From Octopus sinensis (taxonomy: Eukaryota), in the NCBI RefSeq assembly GCF_006345805.1, contig NC_042997.1, positions 113,274,001-113,338,000 on the forward strand: 64,000 nt of DNA, written 5' to 3'. The first letter of the stretch is position 1. Each line of letters starts with the position of its first letter. The position numbers and the translations under genes were made by a program. The notes beneath the pieces are model-generated. The model was not told where the DNA came from. It made no database searches and saw only the letters and a list, made by a program, of their open reading frames with translations. Below, piece after piece: positions 1 through 12,230 of the stretch.

Positions 1-389
1 AAATGCTAAAGATAGTTTCCAGAAGGAATTATTAAAAAGTTCAGTGGAATATTGGTATTGTATCTGTATATATATACACACACAAAATATTATAAGTTCA
101 AAAAAGTTTACATTTTAGTAGTAGGGTAGCTGAAACTGACCTGGTTCACCATGTTATCATAAAAGACTATTTTATATTTCAAGAGACAGTGTATGTGTGT
201 TTGGGTGGGGGTAAGGAAGAGTAATGTGTAACTGAAAAGAAGTTTTTTGTCTCTCCTTCAAGCATCAATGATTTGGGGGATCGGTCTGAAGAGGTCAGAA
301 TGGTGCAAGTGTATGTGTCTTTGTGTGTGTGTATATACATATACATGTGTTTGTGTGTGGGGGCCGTTTTTGAGTGTATATATATATAT

Positions 390-550
390 ATATATGGACA
401 AAAAGGTCAAGATAGAAAAGGCTAAAATAATTTTATAAAAAACATTTCAGTATTGGTTTCAGTCATTGAGACTTTTTCAACTTTAAGTATGGAAAACAAT
501 TAAATTTAGAAAAATTAATAAAGTTTTTTTAAAAGAATATTTACATAGTA
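390..550 (-). repeat. ~160-bp dispersed repeat carrying a decayed minimal hammerhead motif (sister copy at 43213-43375)
   Basis: Aligns by eye over its length with 43213-43375 (gatagaaaa..ctaaaataattttataaaaaacatttcagta..ggtttcagtcattgagactttttcaact). Flanked by (TA)n. Confidence 0.8.
445..486 (-). ncRNA. degenerate minimal type I hammerhead ribozyme
   Basis: Minus strand: TTAAAG-TTGAAAA-AGTC-TCAAT-GACT-GAAA-CCAA-T-A-CTGAAA. Core and stem II are intact. Stem I has 2 mismatches and the loop is CCAA rather than the palindromic CCGG of the sister copy. Confidence 0.6.
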
Positions 551-1214
551 TTCAAATACAAGTGGAATTTTCCTTATTTCTGCCTGTCTCTGTCTCTCTT
601 GTTTACTCTTGTGCTACGATTTCGATATATGGAAGGGTATCGAGCTCTAGGAACATTGCCAGGTCAGATTGAAACCTGATGCAGCCCACTGGCTTGCCAG
701 TCCTCAGTCAAACTGTCCAACCCATGCCAGCATGGAAAGTGGACATTAAACGATGATGATGATGATGATGATATATATACATAGTAATAACAATAATAAT
801 CCTTGGAGAGAATTAAGAAATATTTTACTGCATCGCTACACGTGTTTCCACGATTCACATGTCTCTTATGATCATAGTTTGTATTCCTGGGATGATTACA
901 GTACAGCCTGTAGTATCCATGGACATTGGATAGATCATTTTCATGCATCCAGACCATGATCTTAAGAAATATGTGACTTGTGGAAACACACATAGTGATG
1001 TATTAAAATATTTATAAATTCCATCCAAAGATTCTTGTTGTTATTACCATATTTATTCTATATTATATTGGCACAGCTTCATACAACCCCAAAACACTGG
1101 TGTTGCCAGTTGGCATCATCAGACTGTAGCTGGCATATTAGAATAGCAGCTTTTATATGCATATTCAAAAGCATTTCCTGTAAACAAACTTATAGGATAT
1201 ACATATATAAATTA

Positions 1215-1645
1215 TCATCATCATCATCGTTTAACCTCTGCTTTCCATGCTAGCATGGGTTGGATGATTTTGACCGAGGGCTGGTGAACCAGATGGCTGC
1301 ACCAGGCTCCAATCTTGATCTGGCAGAGTTTCTATAGCTGGATGCCCTTCCTAATGCCAACCACTCCGAGAGTGTAGTGGGTGCTTTTTATGTGCCACCG
1401 GCACGGGAGCCAGTCAGGTGGTACTGGCAATGATCTCACTCAAATCTTTTTACACATGCCAACGGCACAGGTGCCAGTAAGGCGATGCTGGTAACGATCA
1501 CGCTCGATTGGTGTCTTTTACGTACCACCGGCATGGAGGCCAGATCAAGATTGGAGCCTAGTGCAGCCATCTGGTTCGACAGCCTTCAGTCAAAATCGTC
1601 CAACCCATGCTAGCATGGAAAGCGGACGTTAAACGATGATGATAT
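1215..1645. mobile_element. two RTE 3'UTR-derived copies fused head-to-head (foldback)
   Basis: About 1215-1325 is the reverse complement of about 1543-1645. (GAT)n tails face outward on both sides. Confidence 0.75.
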
Positions 1646-1651
1646 ATATTG

Positions 1652-1730
<79 letters not shown>

Positions 1731-2289
1731 AACATAATTGCCAACCAAATGTGGCATCCTATACAGGACAGTGGTACTGACCTTATAGCGCAAGGAAGAT
1801 ATCTCTTCCAGCTGGCTAACAACACAGATTCTGTGTCTGATTAGTATTTGTGAGAGACATCATTGCTCCCATCTCTAGAGCCTTACGTGATATACACGGA
1901 CTCGAGCTTCTGGGTGGTTACCCATCCTAAGCATGTGTTAATTACCAGCTAGTGATGAAAACTCATTCCACTTACAAAATACTATATGCTTCTTCCAGTA
2001 ACAAACTGTCGGTGATCTCTAAAAAGGAGAAATAAGCTATATTTAATCTCTGAGCAAGAAAAAAAACAGTAGCAAGTATAAAAAGTGGGAAAAAATTATG
2101 ATAGACAATGTAGAGGCAAAGATGTGAGGGCCTAATATTTGCTTTGACTTGTAATTTCTCTGTTATTTAAAAGAAAAACTGTTCTTTAATTATGACTATT
2201 TAAAACAACTCAAAGAGTAGAATGTTTTGGTGAAGACCTCATTAAAAAATATTATACTGAAAACAATTATGCAGCTCTAAGCAGGCAAA

Positions 2290-3960
2290 CATTTGGTGCA
2301 AAAAATGTGCAAGGCTGCAGTAGAGTTGCCATTAAGAAGCATCCACAAGAATTTGATAGCAAAGTGGCCCACCATGTCCAGTTTGAGCTATTGGCTGACC
2401 AGAATGGATGGGAGGATGGGCAAAGAGCAGTTCAGCTTGCTGCTAGTCTAAAGGGCACTGCGCTAAAGGCACTGAGCCAGTTGTCTGTGGAGGAGAGAAG
2501 CTGTTATTCTTCATTAGTTGAAGTATTAGAGAGAAGATATGGCACTATGTGTCTGAGAGAAGTGTACAGGGTATAATTTCAGACCCACATAAGGGTCATA
2601 GGAGAATCACTACTACGGCTTGTCCAGAAACTTTTGGTTCTTCTGAAAGAGCAGATTATCTATGCTTTGGGCAGGGCAGAGCTCAAAGTTCAGGTGAAAC
2701 AAGCACAGTTGAATACTATGCAAGAGGCATTGGCTAGAGCTCTGGAATTTGAGTCATGTGTAAGAACTGGCAGAAGAAGATTTCATTTGGACTACAGTTC
2801 CAGATTCAAAGCAAAGAAGGGGCAAGTACATGAAGCAGGAAGGTTTAATAGAAGTTGTTGGCAGAGCAAGAAGGTTGAACATAAAAGAGAAAGCTGTTTG
2901 AAGAAGAAAGAACAAGAGATGGTTGGAATAAATTGTTGGCACTGAGAGAGGCCAGGACAGAAGACGCCAGATTGTTACAGCCTGAAGAGAGAGCAAAGGC
3001 AGGATGGGAGGAAAAAGTCCATACTTAGCAGAGAGTGAAAAGGGACATCTCAGTTTTGACTGACCTACATGAAAGAAAAATAGTAAGAAGGTAATGAAAA
3101 ACAAAGGAGAGTCGAAAAACTAGAAGAGGTTGGTGTTAAGGAGCAACTGCTAGCTGAATATTCCAAAGAAGCCCCAACGCCAACAAGGTGCAAAAGGACT
3201 GTAACTGACAGCATACAAGTGGATGATAAAAATTGATGGCCAGAAGTGTCACCTTGTCATTGATTCGGTTGTGGAATCGAACTTGGAATCTTGGGGTTAG
3301 TAGCCCACACTCTTAACCACTACACCATATGCCCGTGGTTGATGTCTTGATTGGGGTTGCAGGCCTAAAGATCATGCTTCCAGGCTATGTGGTGGAGATG
3401 GAGTATCCTTGTCTCTTAGGTTTGGACTACATGACGTCTGTGGGAGTGTCAACTGGACTTTTCCTTGAAACTTTTGGTAAAAGCAAGATTAGTCCCTGTC
3501 AAGGTGGTAAAGCAGACTATTGCTGGTGGTGAAACAAAAGCATTACGGACGACAGTGATCCCACCGAAATCGGAACGACTGCTCCACTATAGTGTAAAGC
3601 ACCATATTGACAGAGGAGATCATCACCCAACTGAGCAACTGGCTCAGAGGATGGTGCCAGTGCAGCATAAAGAAATGGAATGTTCTGGAAGAGAAGTTAA
3701 AAGGGAAAGAGGTCTGTAAGATAAAAGAAATGTTGAGTTGGAATTGCAAAATGTTTGTGAAAACTTTGTAGGGGTGGCTAAATCTTTCCATGAAGTCAAA
3801 GCAAAGCATGAACAGCAGTTGCAGGAAAGCGATAGGAAAATCCTTGAAGCAGAAAATAGATCTTTTAATGAAATAAAATGGGAAACTAAAAGAGCAAGTG
3901 TCCTTGCAGAACAGTGACAACAGCTGACGGTCAGGAAGTAAATTTCAGCTGATCTGGGAA
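2290..3960 (+). mobile_element. decayed Ty3/Gypsy-like gag-protease relic
   Basis: ORF 2307-2576 is Gypsy gag-like (FELLADQNGWEDGQRAVQLAASLKGTAL..LVEVLERRYG). A frameshifted protease-like segment lies near 3220-3280 (DG..C.LVIDS), followed by CLLGLDYM in ORF 3329-3532. Many stops and frameshifts; no LTR pair found. Confidence 0.7.
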
Positions 3961-4129
3961 ATTAAGAAAATAAAGGCAAGTATATTACAAAAAACACAAA
4001 AACCAAAAAACAAATGGGATGTGATACAGAGTAACATTCATAAAAGGATTGCTGTATAAAAGACACAAATTTGAATATGGAGCTCTGGTTTTGCAAGCAA
4101 AGATGGAAAAGATAATTATTTGTGGTCAC

Positions 4130-4330
4130 ATGACATGGTGGCATGTAAAAAGCACCCACTACACTCTTGGAGTGGTTGGCGTTAGGAAGGGCATCCAGCT
4201 GTGGAAACTCTGCCAGATAAAGATTGGAGCCTGGTGCAGCCATCTGGTTCGCCAGCCCTCAGTCAAAACCGTCCAACCCATGCTAGCAAGGAAAGCGGAC
4301 ATTAAACGATGATGATGATGATGATGATGA
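4130..4330 (+). mobile_element. RTE 3'UTR fragment ending in (GAT)n
   Basis: tggttggcgttaggaagggcatccagctg...gcggacattaaacgatgatgat. Same family at about 640-772, 7165-7480, 13560-13825, 14225-14365, 16545-16900, 18440-18770, 22275-22535, 39160-39990, 48720-49025, 50550-50770, 60115-60260 and 63150-63206. Confidence 0.85.
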
Positions 4331-5272
4331 CTGTTTAAAGTATAGGCCATATGATTTTGGCATGTTTTTTACTGTGTGGGCAAACTATAAATACTACCGT
4401 TGAACACATGGTGAGTTTACTTATGCAGCTTTAAGTAGCCAAAGAATTGGTAAGTAAACCCTAAGATTGACTTTAACTCCAAATATCTCAACTATCTGAA
4501 AAGCAAACAATACTTTATTTGTGTTCAAATGAAAGATCTCCACCAGATGTATCTTTTCTTGCTAATCCCATAAAAATATATTAAAGAGAAAAAAAGTTAT
4601 CCAGCTTTCAATAATTGACAGTTGTAAATATGTATTGCAATTACAAAGATACTCAAATGACAACTTGTCAATTACAAGGCAAACAAAAAATCCAGTCTAG
4701 AATCGTTTTGTTTTTTAGTCGACCTTCTCTCCCAATTCATTTAATTCCTCATTGCTCGTAATTAGTGCTTTATATTTTTTTATTATTGCTCTCTTAAAAA
4801 ATTTTGTTCCTGATAAATATTAATTAAATAATTAATTCTAAATAGATTTCATAATACTCAATATAATGAAAATGCTATTCAATTTAGAATTTCTAGCCAA
4901 AATGAATAGGCATCAATTATTGATCAATAAGAAATAAAATAATATGAAAAATTAAGCTAAATTTATTATTAGAATAAAAATTATTAATTTTTTTGCATCA
5001 GCTGTAAAAAAAAAAAGGTGGACTAGAACGAAAAATGCGAGCAAGAGATAGCAAAACTCTCAACTATTTAATAAACCTGGAAAAATACAGAACAAGAAGT
5101 CTAAAATAAAAGAAAAGAGCTTAGAATATTGCAGTTAAAATAAAATTTGAATGACTTAACAATTAAATAAAATAAGCCAAGTCATTCAATACTGGTCAGC
5201 CATCTTTCACCCAAATTATTTCACTATTTCTAAGCTTGATTGAAAATGAAATTTAAAATTTAAATATATGTA

Positions 5273-5687
5273 GGCGCAGGAGTGCCTGTGTAGTAAGTAG
5301 CTTGCTTACCATCCACATGGTTCCGGGTTCAGTCCCACTGCATGGCACCTTGGTCAAGTGTCTTCTACTATAGCCTCGGGCCGACCAAAGCCTTGTGAGT
5401 AGATTTGATAGACGGAAATTGAAAGAAGCCCGTCGTATATATGTATATATATATATATGTGTATGTGTGTGTATATGTTTGTGTATCTGTGTTTGTCGCC
5501 CCAACATTGCTTGACAACCGATGCTGGTGTGTTTACGTTCCCGTAACTTAGCGGTTCAGCAAAAGAGACTGATAGAATAAGTACTAGGCTTAAAAAAGAA
5601 TAAGTCCTGGGGTCGATTTGCTCGACTAAAGGCGGTGCTCCAGCATGGCCACAGTCAAATGACTGAAACAAGTAAAGAGTAAAAGAG
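5273..5687 (+). mobile_element. tRNA-headed SINE family A (bipartite, internal TA/TG microsatellite)
   Basis: Head ggcgcaggagtg.ctgtgt.gtaag with B-box-like ggttcagtccc; 3' end gactgaaacaagtaaagagtaaaagag. Other copies at about 10083-10582(-), 13385-13545, 13828-14215, 16985-17280(-), 17500-18040, 33655-34035(-), 46968-47625, 52820-53112, 59628-60098 and 62952-63108. Confidence 0.85.
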
Positions 5688-5809
5688 TTTGGTGATTAGG
5701 AAAAAATACCTGAGAGGTCAGTTAACATTGCTGTTTGGCTGAGTAAACAAGGAAGATAACTCTGAAGATGTTTACTCTGTTTTTCAAAGTTGCTGCTGAT
5801 CCTGATGTT

Positions 5810-6175
5810 GATGTTGAGCGAAGCGGTCTTCGTCCCAGTAGTGGGAGAAGTCTGAAACGTGGTCCTTTGCTATTCGTAAGACCCGCAGAAGAGAAAGCAG
5901 GTCAACCCCCGACACCGAGAGCATCGACGGATGGATGAATGCACATCCAGGCTCAGTGGTTGCGTAGGAAGTCGGGGACAAGAAACAGGAAGAAAGAGTG
6001 AAAGAAAGTTGGGGCAAAAGAGTACAACAGGGGTCGCCACCCACCCCTGCCGGAACCTCGTGGAACTTTAGGTGTTTTCGCTCAATAAACACACACAACG
6101 CCCAGTCTGGGAATTGAAACCGCGATCCTCTGACCGCGAGTCCGCTGCCCTAACCATTGGGCCATAACGCCTCCA
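5810..6175 (-). mobile_element. tRNA-headed SINE (distinct family)
   Basis: Minus strand begins ggaggcgttatggcccaatggttagggcagcggactcgcggtcagaggatcgcggtttcaattcccag. This has A/B-box-like motifs and a tRNA-like 5' part, followed by a non-tRNA body. Confidence 0.7.
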
Positions 6176-6668
6176 CTGCTGCTGCTGTTGCAATTAACTG
6201 TTTAGATTTGTATAAGAGTAGAGGTCACAGATTTGTGTAGGAGTAGAGGGAATATATTCGTATTGGATTAGAGGTCAGAGACAGTGGTTTGTGCTGGAAG
6301 CTTTATTGAGTGTCAACAAATGGTTTCAATTAAGTTGGTTACACATAATACTGTGCATAAATAGTTGGGTTTTAGCCATTGTGAATGCTCATTCAAGCTT
6401 ATATGTAGTTCTAAGTGTGACAGATAAGGTTTGTATTACAGTAGAGCACAGTTGATTATACAAGAGGGGTTGGCTTTAAGCTTATTCCCAACTGAGTAAC
6501 AGCTTTGTTCTTAGATTCTGGCTTTGTGGACATATAAAAGTGTTATTATTTGATGTTATAAACCTTCCATTGCTAGCAAATAGATACACGTTTTCATTTG
6601 TATCTTCTACATAGATTTGGTTAGCAAAATAAATGTCTTTACCATCTCTTCCTTCAAAGGTTTTCTTT

Positions 6669-6893
6669 CCGGTGGCGAGCTGGTAGAATCGTTAGCACGC
6701 CAGGCGAAATGCTTAGGGGTATTTCGTCTGCCGTTACGTTCTGAGTTCAAATTCCGCCGAGGTCGACTTTGCCTTTCATCCTTTCGGAGTCAAGTACCAG
6801 TTACGCACTGGGGTCGATATAATTTACTTAATCCGTCTGTCTGTCCTTGTTTGTCTCCTCTATGTTTAGCCCCTTGTGGGTAGTAAAGAAATA
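6669..6893 (+). mobile_element. tRNA-headed SINE family B
   Basis: ggtggcgagctggtagaatcgttagcacgcc...gttctgagttcaaattcc...ctttgcctttcatcctttcgg. Relatives at about 19336-19430, 37530-37930(-), 42440-42858(-), 42930-43142, 44990-45185(-), 45858-46088, 46630-46860(-) and 48390-48660(-). Confidence 0.8.
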
Positions 6894-8069
6894 AGTTTTC
6901 TTTCCGACATGATCTCTTTCTCTCTCTCTCCTTTAAAATTCCTCTTCCCTTCCTTATTTCCTTCTCTCTACAAATTTTTATTTTTTCATCTGCCCACATA
7001 AAACTGTAGGAACAAAAGAATGTGCACCAGCTAGAAGTTATACAAAGTAATGAAACATGTTTTATGTTTGGAGGAAGAAAAGAAGTCATACGTTTCGAAC
7101 AATTGTTGATGTTAGAAGAGAGAAAAGGTGTAAGATATAAAGGGTTTACCACTAGAATACAAAATTCACCATCATCATCGCCATTTAATATCCGCTTTCC
7201 TTGCTGGCATGGGTTGGATGGTTTGACTGAGGACTGGCAAGCCAGGAGGCTGCACCAGGCTCCAATCTGATCTGGTAAGGTTTCTACTGCTGGATGCCCT
7301 TCCTAACGCCAACCACTTCGAGTGTGTAGTGGGTGCTTTTTACATGCTAACGGCACGAGGGCCAGTCAGACAGTACTGGCATCAACCATGCTTGAATGGT
7401 GCTTTTTACATGCTACTGGCACGTGGGCCAGTCAGGCGGCACTGGCAACGACCACACTCAAATGATGCCTTTTAGACACTCTTTTTCCCCACCAAATGTC
7501 TCAACCAACCTGGGTCCAATTGGTGAATTTAGGCTTATATTACATGCTTTAATGCACAAAAACCATCTTTTCTTAAATATGGTCAGTCCACATCACTCCA
7601 TAAGGAGCACAGAGCCAGTTTCCCGGTTTCTCTGGCGTATATATTGCCCCCTGGATGGCATGCTAGTCCTTTACATGATTACACATTTTCACCAGCTGAG
7701 TGGACTGGAGCAATGTGAAATGAAGTATTTTGCTTAAGAACATAATACCTTGCCCGGTCCAGGAATTGAAACCACAATCTTGTGGTCATGGAGCCAACAC
7801 CCTAACCACTAGGCCATGTACCACGATTTTCCGAAATAGGTACTGCTGAAATTGGTGCATGTCGAATATCTCCATCTTTCTTTTATGCCATCAAAATATT
7901 TTGCCCCTGTAGGTTGTAAGATCAACCCTATCTCTCTCTTGAAGCAACAACGGGGCTTTAAAATTGATTGAAAATATAAATATTTGGTCTGCAAAGTGTA
8001 TTTCTTGTTTTTCTTCTTAAGCTCATCCACAATTACACTGTGTTTGTTCTTACCATAAAACACTAGAGA

Positions 8070-8107
8070 GTATCGAATACAGAAACAACCATTGCACTAA
8101 ACACACA

Positions 8108-8138
<31 letters not shown>

Positions 8139-8228
8139 CACATGCACATACACTCACACACAGCTTGTTTTTCCCCATCAACTTCAGAGGACATCAAATA
8201 CACCCAACCATCATACTTAACATACCAT

Positions 8229-8278
<50 letters not shown>

Positions 8279-9420
8279 TGTCTCTCTTCTATCTGTAAGC
8301 ATCAGAGAAGATCAAATACACTGAACAATGAGTACACAAACACACACACACACACACACATGTACCTGTACTCATACACAACACACACACACACACATTA
8401 TTTCTCTTCTTGCTATGAACATCAGAGAACATCAAATACACTCAACCAACCACACACACATATACAGAGACATACATATATACACATGTGCATATATGTA
8501 TAGCAGTATAGCACATACATATATACACACATACGTGGTCTCTTATCCTTCCATATAGATTAATGAACACCTAATAAATGCATTAAACATACTACACGCA
8601 TATACACACTAACAAAGAGGCTCACACATACGCGTATGCTATCTCTCTCGACTCCCATCAACATCATTGAGCATGAAATACAACCAACCACCACAATAAA
8701 TACACTCCAAACACACACACATGCACACACACACACACACACACTCACACATACACACAAACTCGCTCATATGCACACATGTATATATATATTTTTATGT
8801 ATGTATGTATATATACTCTCACATATACATACATACATCCGCAAATACACATACAAGTGATAACACAAATACATGCACACATATGAACCACATGTATATA
8901 CACTGTACACATATATGCACACATGCTCTTAAAACACATACACACACTTTTACATACAAAAACATTCCAAACACACTCTTATTCACATACATAGGCTCAC
9001 ACACACACAGAGCATATATACATATACACTCACAAATACACATATACATACATATATACATACACAACTTCACACACAGATACACATATACACTGTACAC
9101 GTATGACCACACATGCTCATAAACACATACATATACACTTTTACACACAGACATATGTACACATACATATGCACATACATTCACAGACATGCACATATAT
9201 ATATACAGATACATACAGACACACAAAGGCTCACATATACACATACACTCACACATAAACTTACACACATACATATACACTTACACACATACACACAATA
9301 ACACACAACAACACATACAACAACACACACACAACACAGACATATACACACACAACACACACAGACTCCTTTCTGAAGCATCACCTTCACAGAACGTCAA
9401 ACACAGCCAACCACCCAACT
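8070..9420. repeat. compound (CA)-rich low-complexity / minisatellite block
   Basis: (CA)n and (CATA)n tracts. The motif catcagag(a/g)acatcaaatacac recurs near 8180, 8300 and 8420. Confidence 0.9.
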
Positions 9421-9544
9421 GAACAACATGACACAAGGTAAAGATGGATTCTGTACCTGTATGCAGTTTCTCAGCCTGTTAGAAATAGCAACCGAATATT
9501 CCTCAAATCACACATTACTGTCTTATTAAAAGAACAGGGCACAT

Positions 9545-10296
9545 GCATTTTGGGAGGAAAAACACTGTCCACATACTCTCCCTACAACATTAATATCAAG
9601 AAGTCTTCTTGTGAACATGACCTGGGCATTACTGTCAGCAGCGATTTGTGCTGGACAAAGCACATCTCTAAAATTGTCAAGAAGGCCAAGGGTGTCTTGG
9701 CATCACTCAGCAAGACCTTTGTCAGCCACTCTCCAGATATCTATTTAAGGCTGTATGTGGTTATGGTGTTGCCACACTTGGAATTTGCATCACCAGTCTG
9801 TAGCCTCTACCTGGCTCAGAACATTGACCTCCTGGAAACTGTTCAGAGACATGCAACCAAGCAAATACCTTCCATCAGGCATCTGCCATACTTTGAACAT
9901 CCTGTTTCGCTGGGCATAGATACATTGAAGTTCCAATGTCTGGCAACTGACTTGGTAAACACTCACAAAATTATTAACCATCGTGCCAACAACCACCTTG
10001 AACACCTTTTTGAGCTCCATGTGTCTAACACATGTGGGATATGCCTACAATGTCAGAAAACAATACGGCTCCCATGAGTTTTTCTCTTTTACTCTTGTTT
10101 CAGTCATGTGACTGTGGCCATGCTGGAGCACCGCCTTTAGTCGAGCAAATCAACCCCAGGACTTATTCTTTATAAGCCTAGTACTTATTCTATCGGTCCC
10201 TTTTGCTGAACTGCTGGATTACAGGGACATAAACGCACCAGCATCAGTTGTCAAGCTATGTTGGGGGGACAAACAGAGACACACAAACATATACAT

Positions 10297-10338
<42 letters not shown>

Positions 10339-10830
10339 TGATATATATATATATAGATAGATATATGTGTGTGTGTATGTATATGTGTGTATACATATAT
10401 ATGACGGGCATCTTTCAGTTTCCGTCTACCAGATACACTCACAAGTCTTTGGTCGGCCCAAGGCTATAGTAGAAGACATTTGCTGAAGGGCTATAATGGA
10501 AGACACCTGCCCAAGGTGCCATGCAGTGAGACTGAACCCGGAACCATGTGGTTTGTAAGCAAGCTGCTTACCACACAGCCTCTCGAAGCATGGAACAAAC
10601 AACCTGCATCAGTTGTTAGTTGCTGAGACATTGCATCCTTTAAAACCTCCATGCTTCCTGAAATTCGCCAACACTACACCTGATATTGCTCCCTCCATAT
10701 GCATGCACACGTGTATATCATGGCTCATATACTGATCACTTTCCTGGCATTTGCACCTTTGATGAGTTGTAGTGCACCTGAGCACTATACACAATAATTT
10801 CATTATTATATTATTATTATTATTATTATT
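9545..10830 (+). mobile_element. CR1/L2-type LINE 3' end interrupted by a family A SINE
   Basis: ORF 9550-10077 is typical CR1-type RT C-terminus (DLGITVSSDLCWTKHI..HLEFASPVCS..DLLETVQRHATK). The sequence resumes after the SINE (~10583 gaagcatggaacaa...) and ends in an (ATT)n tail, colinear with the uninterrupted copy at 41195-41765. Confidence 0.85.
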
Positions 10831-11122
10831 AAACAATATATTGCAATATATACAGATACATATATATTGATACACACAAAGCAGTTTGTACATCCTTTTG
10901 CTTGTTCTGTCATTGGACTGTGGCCATGCATGGGCAGCACCTGGAAGGGGTCAGTTGATGAATCTGACCCCATTACTTGTTGTTCTCACTAAGTCTGGTG
11001 CTAAACCACTGAGTTATGGGGATTCAAGTGAATCAACACTGTTTGTCAAGCAACAGGCGACACACACAAACACACTCACACACACACTCACTCTCACACT
11101 CACACACACACTCACTCTCACA

Positions 11123-11177
<55 letters not shown>

Positions 11178-11179
<2 letters not shown>

Positions 11180-11465
11180 GCTCCACCCTTATTGCAGCCC
11201 CTATTTGTTCCACGTGCTTCTCGAGATTTTTGTTCACTGTTCCCAAGGCTCTGACCATTATTGGTACTACTGCTACCTTTACCATCAAACATAACTACTT
11301 AACTTCCCAAGCTAACCCGTCATATCTCACGACTTTTCTTTCTTCCTTATCGTATACCTTGTTGTCAGCTGGGCATGCTATATCTATGATCCAGCATAGT
11401 TTGTTTTCTTTCTCAATTAACACTATGCCTAGCTTCCTATTCTCTATCTCATGGTCGCACTGAAT
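11178..11465 (-). mobile_element. R4/Dong-type RLE retrotransposon 3' fragment
   Basis: Minus strand encodes [30 protein letters not shown]. Homologous to 37935-38145 and 38210-38355. Confidence 0.7.
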
Positions 11466-11674
11466 CATAAAATCCCATAGGATCTTTGCATTTCTATTTT
11501 CGATGGTGCCTTCAGGTTTGTGGTCATACCAATTTTTGGCTCTGTAAAGTCCATACTTGTTGCAAAGTGTCCAATGGACAAGCCAGGCTCTATTGTCATG
11601 GCAACTCTTATGTTATTTCTGGGCTAGCGGCATACATTATAATTATGATTATTATTATTATTATTATTATTATT

Positions 11675-12230
11675 GAGTGAGAGAGCAGTTCATGCCATCA
11701 AAGTGACACTGGGGTAAAATATACGAAGCCCAATATACCCATCATGACTACCCGTCTGATAAAGGTACACCAGGCACATGCATCACAACCATATGTGCGC
11801 GACATGGTGATCTCATATCAAGATAAACAGCACATGACCTTGCAGGTGGGGCCCAGTTAGAATTTTCTTCAGGTTGAGTAGCCCATCCCGCTCAAACGGT
11901 CCCTGAATAAGGGTTGTTTAAGGATGTTGAAAGAACCACCCATGTTTCCAGAGGTGAACTATTCAAACCCCAAAGAATCCCTCTCAACACATGGCTATGA
12001 TGCTCCCCCACTACTTCTGCTCGTGATCAGAGATGCACATATCGTCAGCCACTAAGGGACATGCTCAACTGGTTAAGGTCAAACAACTGACAAGCAAATC
12101 TGTGGTATTGAGCAGAATATTTGCTGTAGCCCATCTTTTATACCAAGACAAAACAATGTACATGATAACACTTCCAATCAGTTAAGATCAGAAGCCATGA
12201 GAGCCACTGCCTGGTACTTCATCAGGGCAT
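11675..12230 (-). mobile_element. 556-bp non-coding interspersed element, young copy 1, between AAT/ATT tracts
   Basis: Reverse complement of 40627-41182 with 3 substitutions by eye. Confidence 0.9.

Noticed and set aside
780-1010. Possible exon in unique sequence (ORFs 664-993 minus and 753-959 plus)
   Set aside because: No recognisable domain, no convincing donor site, and the ORFs run into repeats.
1750-2280. LTR of the Gypsy relic
   Set aside because: No second copy, TG..CA pair or primer-binding site could be identified.
8142-9422. Many His/Thr- or Cys/Val-rich ORFs (also 11014-11294, 38573-39430, 47129-47473, 61805-62254)
   Set aside because: Translations of (CA)n, (TG)n and (TA)n microsatellites, open in several frames on both strands.
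12215-12230. CTGATGA at the end of one 556-bp element copy
   Set aside because: The sister copy has CTGATGC and no GAAA follows; it is a private substitution.
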